From a virus (Duplodnaviria > Caudoviricetes), in the IMG/VR virus record IMGVR_UViG_3300032292_000321, positions 1 to 27,868 of that record: a stretch of DNA of 27,868 nt, one strand, 5' to 3'. How positions within the stretch are numbered: the first letter of the stretch is position 1; each line of letters begins with the position of its first letter. The position numbers were made by a program, and so were the translations under genes. Below the pieces are notes generated by a model. The model searched no databases. It saw only the letters and a list, made by a program, of their open reading frames with translations, and was not told the origin of the DNA. Below, piece by piece: positions 7,164 through 15,044 of this stretch.

Positions 7164-7394
7164 TTAGGCAACCTTGGGGTAGGAACGCTCCAGACGCTCC
7201 TTCTTGTCGGCCTTGCGGTAGGCTTCCGAAACCTTTCGACCTAGTCCCGAAACCGCCAAGTACTTGTTCCAAACCTCGTCTTGCTCTGGCGAAAAATTAG
7301 GCAATTCGTTGTACTTGTCCAGCAATCGAATGCACTCGTTGTTCATAGCGATGCTGATTGCTGAAAGTTCGTAAGCGCTGAGTTCGATTCGCAT
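7164..7394 (-). CDS. Hypothetical protein, first gene of leftward operon (76 aa; alternative start 7409)
   Basis: ORF 7164..7409; GAGGT precedes the ATG at 7394; visibly more AT-rich than neighbouring genes. Confidence 0.65.
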   Translation of the reverse strand: MRIELSAYELSAISIAMNNECIRLLDKYNELPNFSPEQDEVWNKYLAVSGLGRKVSEAYRKADKKERLERSYPKVA

Positions 7395-7451
7395 TTTCGT
7401 GTACCTCATTTCGCGCCGCCGGCTGGCGCTGTTTTCGTGCCGGCGGGGTCT

Positions 7452-7492
7452 ATTGTATTGGCGAGCGCAAGATCAACAAATAGTTTTTTATA
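7452..7492 (-). promoter_or_regulatory. Sigma70-like promoter of leftward operon with AT-rich UP-like element
   Basis: TTGTTG (7479-7474), 16 nt, TACAAT (7457-7452); TATAAAAAACTAT upstream. Confidence 0.55.
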
Positions 7493-7532
7493 GTGTGACC
7501 ATTGTGCGGATAGTCGCTCGAGCGCGCGAATG

Positions 7533-7930
7533 TTGGGTCATTTAGGTCGAGGTTGGGTTATGAGCGCGGCGAGAATGACCCACGCGCTCGAGCTTGAAAA
7601 CATAGGGCGCGAGAGGGTTTTGGGTCATTTAGGTCATGGGTTTTGATTAAATCTAAAAAGTTTCTACATACTGTATAGGCGTACAGCGGTGAGCTGCAGC
7701 GGCGCACAATGAAGCGGCGCTCCGACTTTTTTTCGATGGCTAAATGACCCAAGTGACCCAAAGCGCCCATGCCGCCATGCCCACGCCCGCATGCCTTTGG
7801 GCATTTTGGGCAATCGGCACGCCATGACCTAAATGACCCAAAAGCTGGCGCCCTGGTGCTCGAGCGCGCGCCGTCGCCCTGGTGCTCGAGCGCGCGCACC
7901 GGCTCGCATGCCATGACCTAAATGACCCAA
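7533..7930. repeat. Convergent iteron array around an AT-rich core; putative replication origin
   Basis: TTGGGTCATTTAGGTC(ATGG) at 7533 and 7620; its reverse complement CCATGACCTAAATGACCCAA at 7822 and 7911; variants at 7553, 7574, 7737-7761 and 7796-7814; AT-rich 7641-7677. Confidence 0.75.
7849..7897 (+). repeat. 23-bp direct repeat CGCCCTGGTGCTCGAGCGCGCGC x2
   Basis: Exact copies at 7849-7871 and 7875-7897. Confidence 0.9.
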
Positions 7931-8092
7931 CGCCGACGGCCGACGCGCGCGACGCTCGAGCTCGAGCGCTGGCGGGCTGGCGGGCGGGGGGCGCCCGGCT
8001 CCGGGCTGGCGCTGCGGGCTGGCGGCCGCTGGCCGCTGGCATGGGGGGGTAGGGCCCGAGGGCACCCGGTCAAAATTACGGGGAGCGTCCGC

Positions 8093-8153
8093 AAAAAATT
8101 TTTTATTTTTTTAGCAATCACGCTTGCCGCCCTGTGCTTTCATCCAGTAACCT
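8093..8153 (+). promoter_or_regulatory. Putative promoter of packaging/late operon
   Basis: A/T tract 8093-8112, TTGCCG (8124-8129), 18 nt, TAACCT (8148-8153); ATG 6 nt downstream. Confidence 0.45.
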
Positions 8154-8159
8154 TCGGCC

Positions 8160-8612
8160 ATGTCCTTCAAGTCTTTGCCGTTCGCACCGCGCGAGGTGAA
8201 AGCTACCGAGAAGACGCTGCAGGCGATTTACGACGCCGCCGCACTCGGGCTAAAAGGTGATACGTTGGCGCTGGCAGCTGGATTGCTGCCGGTCGAGTAC
8301 CGGCGTTTGTGCCAGCTAGATCCGATGGCCCAACTGGCCGAAGAGAAGGGACGCGCTGATGGACACGTCGAAGCCGCCACGCAACTGCGCGAAGCCGCGC
8401 GTCAAGGGGACTCTAAGGCTGCCCTATCCATACTCACGCATGTGCACGGCTGGGTGGCGAAGCAACAGGTGCAAGTCGACATACAGCAGCAGATCAGCAT
8501 CACGGCAGCACTGCGAGAGGCGGAATCGCGCGTCATTGCTGGCCGCCTGGCGCAAGATGATCGCCCCTCACTAACGATCGACCAGCCAACGCATGCAAAC
8601 GCCGATCTATAG
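8160..8612 (+). CDS. Probable terminase small subunit
   Basis: 150 aa, helical, directly upstream of and overlapping the large subunit; call rests mainly on position. Confidence 0.6.
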   Translation: MSFKSLPFAPREVKATEKTLQAIYDAAALGLKGDTLALAAGLLPVEYRRLCQLDPMAQLAEEKGRADGHVEAATQLREAARQGDSKAALSILTHVHGWVAKQQVQVDIQQQISITAALREAESRVIAGRLAQDDRPSLTIDQPTHANADL

Positions 8613-10116
8613 TGCTGACCAAGAAGAGCTGCTCATGAGCAAGCTCTGGTCGCCTGCGATTAAAGATGACCCCGAGGCGTTCGTGCTGTTTGTCTTTCCG
8701 TGGGGCCAGGCCGGCACGCCGCTCGAGCACTTCACCGGCCCGCGCAAATGGCAACGCAAAGTGCTACGCAAATTTAGCGAGCATATAAAAGCCAACAAGA
8801 CCCGCGAGGCGTACGAGGTGCTGCGCATGGCGACCGCTTCTGGTCGCGGTATTGGCAAGTCGGCGCTGGTCAGTTGGATAACGCTGTGGATGTTGTCGAC
8901 GCGGATAGGCTCGACGACCATCATCTCGGCAAACAGCGAGGCGCAGCTGCGCTCGGTGACGTGGGCGGAAATTACCAAGTGGCTTGCGCTGCTAATCAAT
9001 AGCCATTGGTTTGAAGTGTCCGCCACGCGGGTGATGCCGGCCAAGTGGATCGCAGAGCTGGTCGAGCGCGACTTGAAGAAAGGCACGCGCTATTGGTCGG
9101 TCGAGGGCCGGCTTTGGAGCGAAGAAAACCCGGACGCGTACGCGGGCGTGCACAACCACGACGGCGTGCTCGTCATCTTCGACGAGGCGAGCGGTATACC
9201 AGACCCGATCTGGGCGGTGACGGCGGGTTTCTTTACCGAAAACACACCGCACCGATTCTGGTGCGCGTTTAGTAACCCGCGCCGCAACGAGGGGTACTTT
9301 TTTGAGTGTTTCAACGCCAAGCGGGCGTTTTGGCAGACAGAAAGTATTGACGCGCGTGAGGTGGAAGACACCGACAAGATGGTCTACCAGCAGATCATCG
9401 ACGAGTACGGCGCCGACAGTCCCGAGGCGCGCATCGAGGTCTACGGTCAGTTTCCGCTCGAGGGCGACGATCAGTTCATTGGCCCGGCGGTGGTCGAGGC
9501 GGCGTGCAACCGCTCGAGATGGAAGGACGAGACGGCGCCGATCGTGCTCGGCGTAGACCCGGCGCGCTCAGGCTCCGACAGCACCGTGATCGTCGCGCGG
9601 CAAGGGCGGGACATTATCGCCATCAAGCGCTTCAAGGGTGAGGACACCATGACGACGGTGGGTCGCGTGATCGACGCGATCGAGGAGTTCAACCCGGTGT
9701 TTACCGTCATCGACGAAGGCGGCCTCGGGTACGGCATATTGGATCGGTTGAAGGAGCAGCGCTACAAGGTGCGCGGCGTGAACTTCGGGTGGAAGGCCAA
9801 GAACCCGGTCATGTGGGGCAACAAGCGCGCGGAGCTCTGGGGCAACATGCGCGAGTGGCTGCGCGAGGGGCACATACCGAACGATCGGCAGCTCAAGAGC
9901 GACCTAACCGGGCCGACGCAGAAGCCGAACTCTTCGGGCACTATCTTCTTAGAAGGTAAGAAGGAGATGAAGGCGCGGGGGCTCGCAAGCCCTGACGCGG
10001 CCGACGCGCTGGCGGTGACATTTGCATTTCCGCTCGCACAGCGCGAATATAGAGAGAAGGCTAGGCGTATTGCGGTCAATGAAGGCGGCAACGCTGGTAG
10101 CTGGATGGGGGCGTAA
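8593..10116 (+). CDS. terL: Terminase large subunit
   Basis: Walker A ASGRGIGKS, Walker B VLVIFDEASG, coupling motif FSNP, nuclease motifs LGVDPARSGSD and SPDAADAL. Confidence 0.95.
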   Translation: MQTPIYSADQEELLMSKLWSPAIKDDPEAFVLFVFPWGQAGTPLEHFTGPRKWQRKVLRKFSEHIKANKTREAYEVLRMATASGRGIGKSALVSWITLWMLSTRIGSTTIISANSEAQLRSVTWAEITKWLALLINSHWFEVSATRVMPAKWIAELVERDLKKGTRYWSVEGRLWSEENPDAYAGVHNHDGVLVIFDEASGIPDPIWAVTAGFFTENTPHRFWCAFSNPRRNEGYFFECFNAKRAFWQTESIDAREVEDTDKMVYQQIIDEYGADSPEARIEVYGQFPLEGDDQFIGPAVVEAACNRSRWKDETAPIVLGVDPARSGSDSTVIVARQGRDIIAIKRFKGEDTMTTVGRVIDAIEEFNPVFTVIDEGGLGYGILDRLKEQRYKVRGVNFGWKAKNPVMWGNKRAELWGNMREWLREGHIPNDRQLKSDLTGPTQKPNSSGTIFLEGKKEMKARGLASPDAADALAVTFAFPLAQREYREKARRIAVNEGGNAGSWMGA

Positions 10117-10376
10117 TGGCTCGCAAGTCGGTGTCACTGTCGGTTGGGCGCGGGGAAAAGCTGTCTACCAAGGCAGGGGCGGGGCTTACTGCCAAAGGCC
10201 GCGCGAAGTACAACCGCGAGACGGGGAGCAAGCTCAAAGCCCCCGCGCCCAGCCCAAAAACCAAGGCCGATGCAGGCCGCAAAAAGTCATTCTGTGCACG
10301 CATGAAAGGTGTCGTGCGTAACGCTAAAGGCCCGGCAACACGGGCTAAAGCCTCACTCAAACGATGGAAGTGCTAG
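10116..10376 (+). CDS. Small basic protein (DUF6321-like)
   Basis: GLTAKGRAKYNRETGSKLKAP...RKKSFCARM...WKC; TAATG coupling to terL. Confidence 0.75.
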   Translation: MARKSVSLSVGRGEKLSTKAGAGLTAKGRAKYNRETGSKLKAPAPSPKTKADAGRKKSFCARMKGVVRNAKGPATRAKASLKRWKC

Positions 10377-10378
10377 TC

Positions 10379-10537
10379 ATGGCAGCTAAACGGGGTCTAT
10401 ATGAGAACATCAATAGAAAGAGTGCTCGCATCGCTGCAGGCAGCGGTGAGAAGATGCGTAAACCTGGTGCAAAAGGTGCTCCTACCGCCAAAGCTTTCCG
10501 ACAGTCCGCCAAAACGGCCAAAAAAGGTAAAAAGTAA
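10379..10537 (+). CDS. 52-aa lysine-rich protein (not in ORF track)
   Basis: MAAKRGLYENINRKSARIAAGSGEKMRKPGAKGAPTAKAFRQSAKTAKKGKK; ends in TAATG overlap with the next gene. Confidence 0.75.
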   Translation: MAAKRGLYENINRKSARIAAGSGEKMRKPGAKGAPTAKAFRQSAKTAKKGKK

Positions 10538-10731
10538 TGAACTACCGAAAAATGACCGGCGTGTCGCCCGGCGCAACGATCGGCGACATGATCGTGCAAA
10601 GCCGCGTAAATCCGCCAAAAATGCAAAAGCCCCGGATGCCGAAGCGCGAGATGAGTGAAGACGCCATCCGTACGACGGTGGACTTCATGCCGTCGCCGGG
10701 GCGCCCGCGAGGTCGCGGAGGGATGCGCTAA
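10537..10731 (+). CDS. Small basic hypothetical protein (64 aa)
   Basis: TAATG-coupled at both ends; Met/Pro/Arg-rich. Confidence 0.6.
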   Translation: MNYRKMTGVSPGATIGDMIVQSRVNPPKMQKPRMPKREMSEDAIRTTVDFMPSPGRPRGRGGMR

Positions 10732-10874
10732 TGCCACTGGTTAAATCAGCCAGCAAAGCCGCGTTTAGAAAAAACATTGCGGCCGAGATTCGCTCAGGGA
10801 AAAAGCCCGCTCAAGCGGCTGCGATCGCGTACTCCGTGAAGCGTCGCGCGGCGGCAAAGAAAGGCAAGAAGTAA
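10731..10874 (+). CDS. 47-aa lysine/alanine-rich protein (not in ORF track)
   Basis: MPLVKSASKAAFRKNIAAEIRSGKKPAQAAAIAYSVKRRAAAKKGKK; TAATG coupling. Confidence 0.75.
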   Translation: MPLVKSASKAAFRKNIAAEIRSGKKPAQAAAIAYSVKRRAAAKKGKK

Positions 10875-10877
10875 GTC

Positions 10878-13013
10878 ATGGCTCAAGACCCGACAGGCAT
10901 GAAAGGCGCGGCGCAAGTCGCCAACAGTCCGCAATCGCGTCGCACTAAGGACGCCGCTGATGTGTTGGCGCGTATGCGCGACCGTCTGGAACAATCCTTG
11001 TCGGCGTACAGTGACTCGAGAGACAGCGAGCTCGATGACTTGCGCTTTATGGCGGGGTCTCCCGACAACCGCTGGCAGTGGCCGCAAGAAGTGTTGGCTA
11101 CGCGCGGCGCGGTGCAAGGTCAAACGATCAACGCACGTCCGTGTCTGACGATCAACAAGCTGCCACAGCATGTGCGCCAGGTCACAAACGATCAGCGCCA
11201 GAATCGTCCGTCGGGCAAAGTCATTCCGGTCGATGATCAGGCTGACGTCGAAGTAGCTGACGTACTCAATGGCGTGGTGCGTCACATTGAGTACATGTCA
11301 GACGCCGACGTGGTGTATGACACGGCGTGCGACAACCAAGTGACGTACGGCGAAGGCTACTTCCGTATTTTAACGGAATACTGCGACGATACGAGCTTCG
11401 ATCAAGACCTTCGCCTGCAGCGCATCCGTAATTCGTTCAGCGTCTACATGGATCCGCACATTCAAGACCCGTGCGGATCGGACGCTGAGTATTGCTTCAT
11501 TACCGAAGACATGCCGAAAGACGAGTTTGCGCGTTTGTTCCCCGACGCCGAACCGATTTCATCTATTTCAACGCGCGGCGTAGGCGACGAGCAGCTCTCG
11601 CAGTGGATTTTGGAAGACTCAGTGCGTATCGCCGAGTATTTCTATACGGTCTACGACAAAGCAACGCTGCATTTGTACCCCAACAACCAAACTGCTTACG
11701 CCGGATCACCCGAAGCGCGGCAGATGGAGATGATGGGCGTGCGTCCGCTGCGCATCCGCGAGGTCGAAATCCGCAAAATTAAGTGGATGAAGACCAACGG
11801 CTACGAAATTCTTGAAGAACAAGACTGGCCGGGCAGATGGATCCCGGTTATTCGCGTCATCGGCAACGAATTTGAAGTCGAGGGGCGCATTTACATCTCG
11901 GGTTTGGTCAGAAATGCCAAAGATGCCCAGAGAATGTACAACTACTGGGTGTCGCAAGAGGCTGAAATGCTTGCGCTGGCGCCAAAAGCGCCGTTTATCG
12001 GCTACGGCGGTCAGTTTGAAGGCTATGAGCACCAGTGGAAGACCGCCAACACGACAAATTGGCCGTATTTGGAGGTCAATCCCGACGTAACCGACGGTCA
12101 AGGCGCCGTTTTGCCGCTGCCGCAGCGCGCACAGCCGCCTTTGGCTCAAACTGGCTTGATTCAAGCCAAAATGGGCGCCTCGGACGACATTAAATCGACC
12201 ACTGGATACTACGATTCTAGCCTCGGAGCGACGTCAAACGAGCGTTCTGGGCGGGCCATCTTGGCGCGTGAACGGCAAGGCGACACAGGTTCATATCACT
12301 ACGTTGACAACTTAGCTCGCGCTATACGCTACGGGACGCGCCAACTTATCGACTTGATCCCGAAAATCTACGACACCCAGCGCATCGCGCGGATCATTGG
12401 CATTGACGGCGAGACGTCGACGGTGCGCATCGACCCGACGCAGGAAGAGGCCGTGCGCCAGGTCGTCAACGAGGCGGGGATTGTGATCGAGAAGATCTAC
12501 AACCCGTCGGTCGGTAAGTACGACGTGGCGGTGACGACGGGCCCGTCGTACCTGACCAAGCGGCAGGAAGCGATGGACGCCATGTCGCAGATCCTGCAGG
12601 CCAATCCTGAGCTGTGGAATGTGGCCGGCGACCTGTTCGTTAAGAACATGGACTGGCCGGGCGCTCAGGAAATCGCCAAGCGCCTGCAGAAGACGATCGA
12701 GCCGCGCATCCTCGAGGATGAAGAGGATCCAGCGCTGCAGGCCGTCAAGATGGAGAACGACGCGCTCAAGCAGCAGATGCAAGAGATGCGCGTGATGCTT
12801 GATAGCGTTCAGAAATCAATCGACGAGCGCGAAGTACGCGTTAAGGAGTACGATGCGGAAACTAAACGCATCAATACCGTCCAGGCGGGCATGACGCCTG
12901 AGCAGATACAGGACATAGTGATGGGCACTATTAGTGGCATGATGACGTCAGGCGATCTTGTTGCGCCGGTTCCACGTGAAACCGCTATGCCGATGGAGTT
13001 ACCGCCGCAATGA
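10878..13013 (+). CDS. Portal protein, P22-like
   Basis: 711 aa after terminase; DDLRF..G..QWP, RPCLTINKL, GLVRNAKDAQRMYNY, SGRAILAR, GKYDVAVTTGPSY.TKRQEA; C-terminal coiled coil. Confidence 0.93.
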   Translation: MAQDPTGMKGAAQVANSPQSRRTKDAADVLARMRDRLEQSLSAYSDSRDSELDDLRFMAGSPDNRWQWPQEVLATRGAVQGQTINARPCLTINKLPQHVRQVTNDQRQNRPSGKVIPVDDQADVEVADVLNGVVRHIEYMSDADVVYDTACDNQVTYGEGYFRILTEYCDDTSFDQDLRLQRIRNSFSVYMDPHIQDPCGSDAEYCFITEDMPKDEFARLFPDAEPISSISTRGVGDEQLSQWILEDSVRIAEYFYTVYDKATLHLYPNNQTAYAGSPEARQMEMMGVRPLRIREVEIRKIKWMKTNGYEILEEQDWPGRWIPVIRVIGNEFEVEGRIYISGLVRNAKDAQRMYNYWVSQEAEMLALAPKAPFIGYGGQFEGYEHQWKTANTTNWPYLEVNPDVTDGQGAVLPLPQRAQPPLAQTGLIQAKMGASDDIKSTTGYYDSSLGATSNERSGRAILARERQGDTGSYHYVDNLARAIRYGTRQLIDLIPKIYDTQRIARIIGIDGETSTVRIDPTQEEAVRQVVNEAGIVIEKIYNPSVGKYDVAVTTGPSYLTKRQEAMDAMSQILQANPELWNVAGDLFVKNMDWPGAQEIAKRLQKTIEPRILEDEEDPALQAVKMENDALKQQMQEMRVMLDSVQKSIDEREVRVKEYDAETKRINTVQAGMTPEQIQDIVMGTISGMMTSGDLVAPVPRETAMPMELPPQ

Positions 13014-13372
13014 CATGCGAAGTCTTTATCGGACGGCTATTTCTGGCGCGAGATGTAGCTCACTCTACTCATCTCAATACCCGCAATTTTGCCAAGCATA
13101 AAGCACTGCAAAAGTTTTATGAGGGCGTTATTCCGCTCGCTGACGACTTTGCAGAAGCCTATCAGGGTCGCTACGGGCTAATCGGCCCGATCGCTTTGGC
13201 GTCTGCCCAGAAGTCCAACAACGTGCTTGACTTTCTCGAAAAGGAGCTTAAAGAACTCGAGGAAATGCGGTATAAGGTCGTCGATAAAGACGACACGACG
13301 CTGCAGAATTTGATGGACGCTATCTTCGGCTTGTATCTATCCACCATTTACAAATTGAAATTCTTGGCTTGA
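13010..13372 (+). CDS. Ferritin/Dps-like four-helix protein (DUF5856-like)
   Basis: H..H..T..FA.HKAL..FYE.....D.FAEAYQG.YG...IYKLKFL pattern. Confidence 0.7.
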   Translation: MTCEVFIGRLFLARDVAHSTHLNTRNFAKHKALQKFYEGVIPLADDFAEAYQGRYGLIGPIALASAQKSNNVLDFLEKELKELEEMRYKVVDKDDTTLQNLMDAIFGLYLSTIYKLKFLA

Positions 13373-13381
13373 GGTAACGAC

Positions 13382-13684
13382 ATGGAACTTCTTAACCCCC
13401 TTGCTGACAGTCTGTTCCCAGCCAGAACTGCGGCCTATACGGGCACTGCTGGTTCAACCGCTACTTGGGATTCGGGCCCGCAGGGCGTAGTGGTGTGGTG
13501 TACGTCAGAGGCATACGTCCTTGTTGGCGAAGGCGTGACCGCTACGACCAGCAGCACACCGATTCCGCCCAACACTCCTATTCCTTTCCTTGTTCCGCAA
13601 GGCACGGGCGCTCCGTGGCGTGTAAGCGCCATCCAAGTGTCGGCCAGCGGCACGGTCTACGCAAAGCCGATCAACCAAAACTAA
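13382..13684 (+). CDS. Small beta-rich virion-associated protein (100 aa)
   Basis: RBS GAGGT; Thr/Gly/Val-rich; lies in the structural operon. Confidence 0.65.
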   Translation: MELLNPLADSLFPARTAAYTGTAGSTATWDSGPQGVVVWCTSEAYVLVGEGVTATTSSTPIPPNTPIPFLVPQGTGAPWRVSAIQVSASGTVYAKPINQN

Positions 13685-13851
13685 TGGCTCGGTATTTCGG
13701 CGTACCGCTTCGTAATGCGCTTGGGCTTGGCCTAGGGGGTATTATTGCGCTTGTCTCTGGGGTAAACCGCGACGATATAGTTGGCAACCTAGAGCTTGAA
13801 GACGGCGCAAACCTGTTGCTTGAAGACGGCGGCTTTATCCTTTTGGAGTAA
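13684..13851 (+). CDS. 55-aa protein ending in LELEDG-LLLEDG-ILLE repeats
   Basis: TAATG coupling at 13682-13686; 3' part of ORF 13465..13851. Confidence 0.7.
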   Translation: MARYFGVPLRNALGLGLGGIIALVSGVNRDDIVGNLELEDGANLLLEDGGFILLE

Positions 13852-13854
13852 TAC

Positions 13855-15042
13855 ATGGCTACTGACAAGAAAATATCTCAGTTAAGCTCAGGCGCGCCGG
13901 CTCAAGGCACCGATGAGACAGTTATTGCCCGTAGCGGCAGTAACTTTAAGCTCACAGTTGCTCAAGTCGTAGGTTTTCTGGGCACGCCGATCACGGTTGC
14001 TAACGGTGGCACTGGCGCCAGCACGCTGACGGGCTACGTCAAAGGCAGCGGCACTAGCGCCTTTACGGCTTCCGCGTCGATTCCTGGCTCGGATGTGTCG
14101 GGCAATATCAGCGGCAACGCGGCTAACGTCACGGGCACGGTAGCTGTCGGCAACGGCGGCACTGGGGCTACTACCCTCACAGGCTACGTTAAAGGCAGTG
14201 GTACTAGCGCCTTTACGGCGTCTGCATCAATTCCTGGCTCAGATATTTCGGGCAACATTAGCGGCAACGCGGCTAACGTTACGGGCGTAGTTGCCGTTGC
14301 TAACGGCGGTACGGGACTAAGCTCCACGCCTAGTAACGGCCAAATTAACATTGGAAACGGCACCGGGTTTACTCAGGCCACGATTACTGCCGGCTCCGGT
14401 ATCTCCATTACCAACGGCGCCGGGTCTATCTCGATTGCGGCAACCGGCACTAGTCCGATTCCGTCGGGATCGGCCATGCTGTTTGTGCAGACCGCTGCGC
14501 CGACGGGCTGGACTAAATCCACTACGCATGACAACAAAGCCCTGCGCGTGGTGTCCGGCGCTGCAAGTTCCGGCGGTTCGGTCGCCTTTACTACAGCGTT
14601 TGCCAGTCAGGGCGTTGCCGGAACAATCGGCAACACGACCGCGACTAACCAAGCCACTACAGCCACCAACCAAAACACTACGGCTGGCGGTAGCGTCTCA
14701 ACGTCGGTTAGCGGCAGCGTATCAGGAACCACGCTTAGTACCGGCGAAATGCCATCGCACGCCCATAGTATTAGCAATATGTCTACTGCGGGAGTCCCGA
14801 ACGGGGCTTTCAACACAGCATGGGTGGCGGCGGGCACTTACGGCACTAACGCTGAAGGCGGTAGCGGTTCCCACTCCCACGGTTGGTCGGGTAGCGGATC
14901 GTCCAGTTTTACTGGCACGGCGCACACTCACACGCAAAACTCGCACAACCACACTCAAGACGCGCACAATCACTCGTTTACGGGTACGGCGATTAACTTG
15001 GCTGTGCAGTATGTTGACGTAATCGTGGCGACTAAAGACTAA
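13855..15042 (+). CDS. Fibre protein with 50-aa shaft repeats, collar-like domain and His-x-His needle tip
   Basis: N-terminal KKISQL; VANGGTG repeats; PSGSAMLFVQTAAPTGW collar; EMPSHAH, HSH, HTH, HNH, HNH motifs as in T4 gp12/gp37-type tips. Confidence 0.8.
   Translation: MATDKKISQLSSGAPAQGTDETVIARSGSNFKLTVAQVVGFLGTPITVANGGTGASTLTGYVKGSGTSAFTASASIPGSDVSGNISGNAANVTGTVAVGNGGTGATTLTGYVKGSGTSAFTASASIPGSDISGNISGNAANVTGVVAVANGGTGLSSTPSNGQINIGNGTGFTQATITAGSGISITNGAGSISIAATGTSPIPSGSAMLFVQTAAPTGWTKSTTHDNKALRVVSGAASSGGSVAFTTAFASQGVAGTIGNTTATNQATTATNQNTTAGGSVSTSVSGSVSGTTLSTGEMPSHAHSISNMSTAGVPNGAFNTAWVAAGTYGTNAEGGSGSHSHGWSGSGSSSFTGTAHTHTQNSHNHTQDAHNHSFTGTAINLAVQYVDVIVATKD
13996..14316 (+). repeat. 150-bp intragenic tandem repeat, two copies plus start of a third
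   Basis: Units begin at 13996, 14146 and 14296; protein nearly identical, DNA differences mostly synonymous. Confidence 0.9.
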
Positions 15043-15044
15043 GT

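Noticed and set aside
7533-7930. Possible CRISPR array
   Set aside because: Repeats occur in both orientations with irregular spacing, and no cas genes are present.
7558-8260. ORFs across the control region (LGHLGH-containing 118, 100, 78, 67 and 112 aa)
   Set aside because: Their repeated peptides are translations of the DNA iterons; low complexity and no convincing RBS.
10401-10658. 85-aa ORF in the ORF track
   Set aside because: It overlaps two better-supported, TAATG-coupled genes (10379-10537 and 10537-10731).
13465-13683. N-terminal extension of the 128-aa ORF
   Set aside because: It overlaps the 100-aa gene out of frame; the coupled ATG at 13684 is the better start.
13996-14316. Possible diversity-generating retroelement TR/VR pair
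   Set aside because: Copies are tandem and in frame, differences are not adenine-specific, and no reverse transcriptase is in the window.
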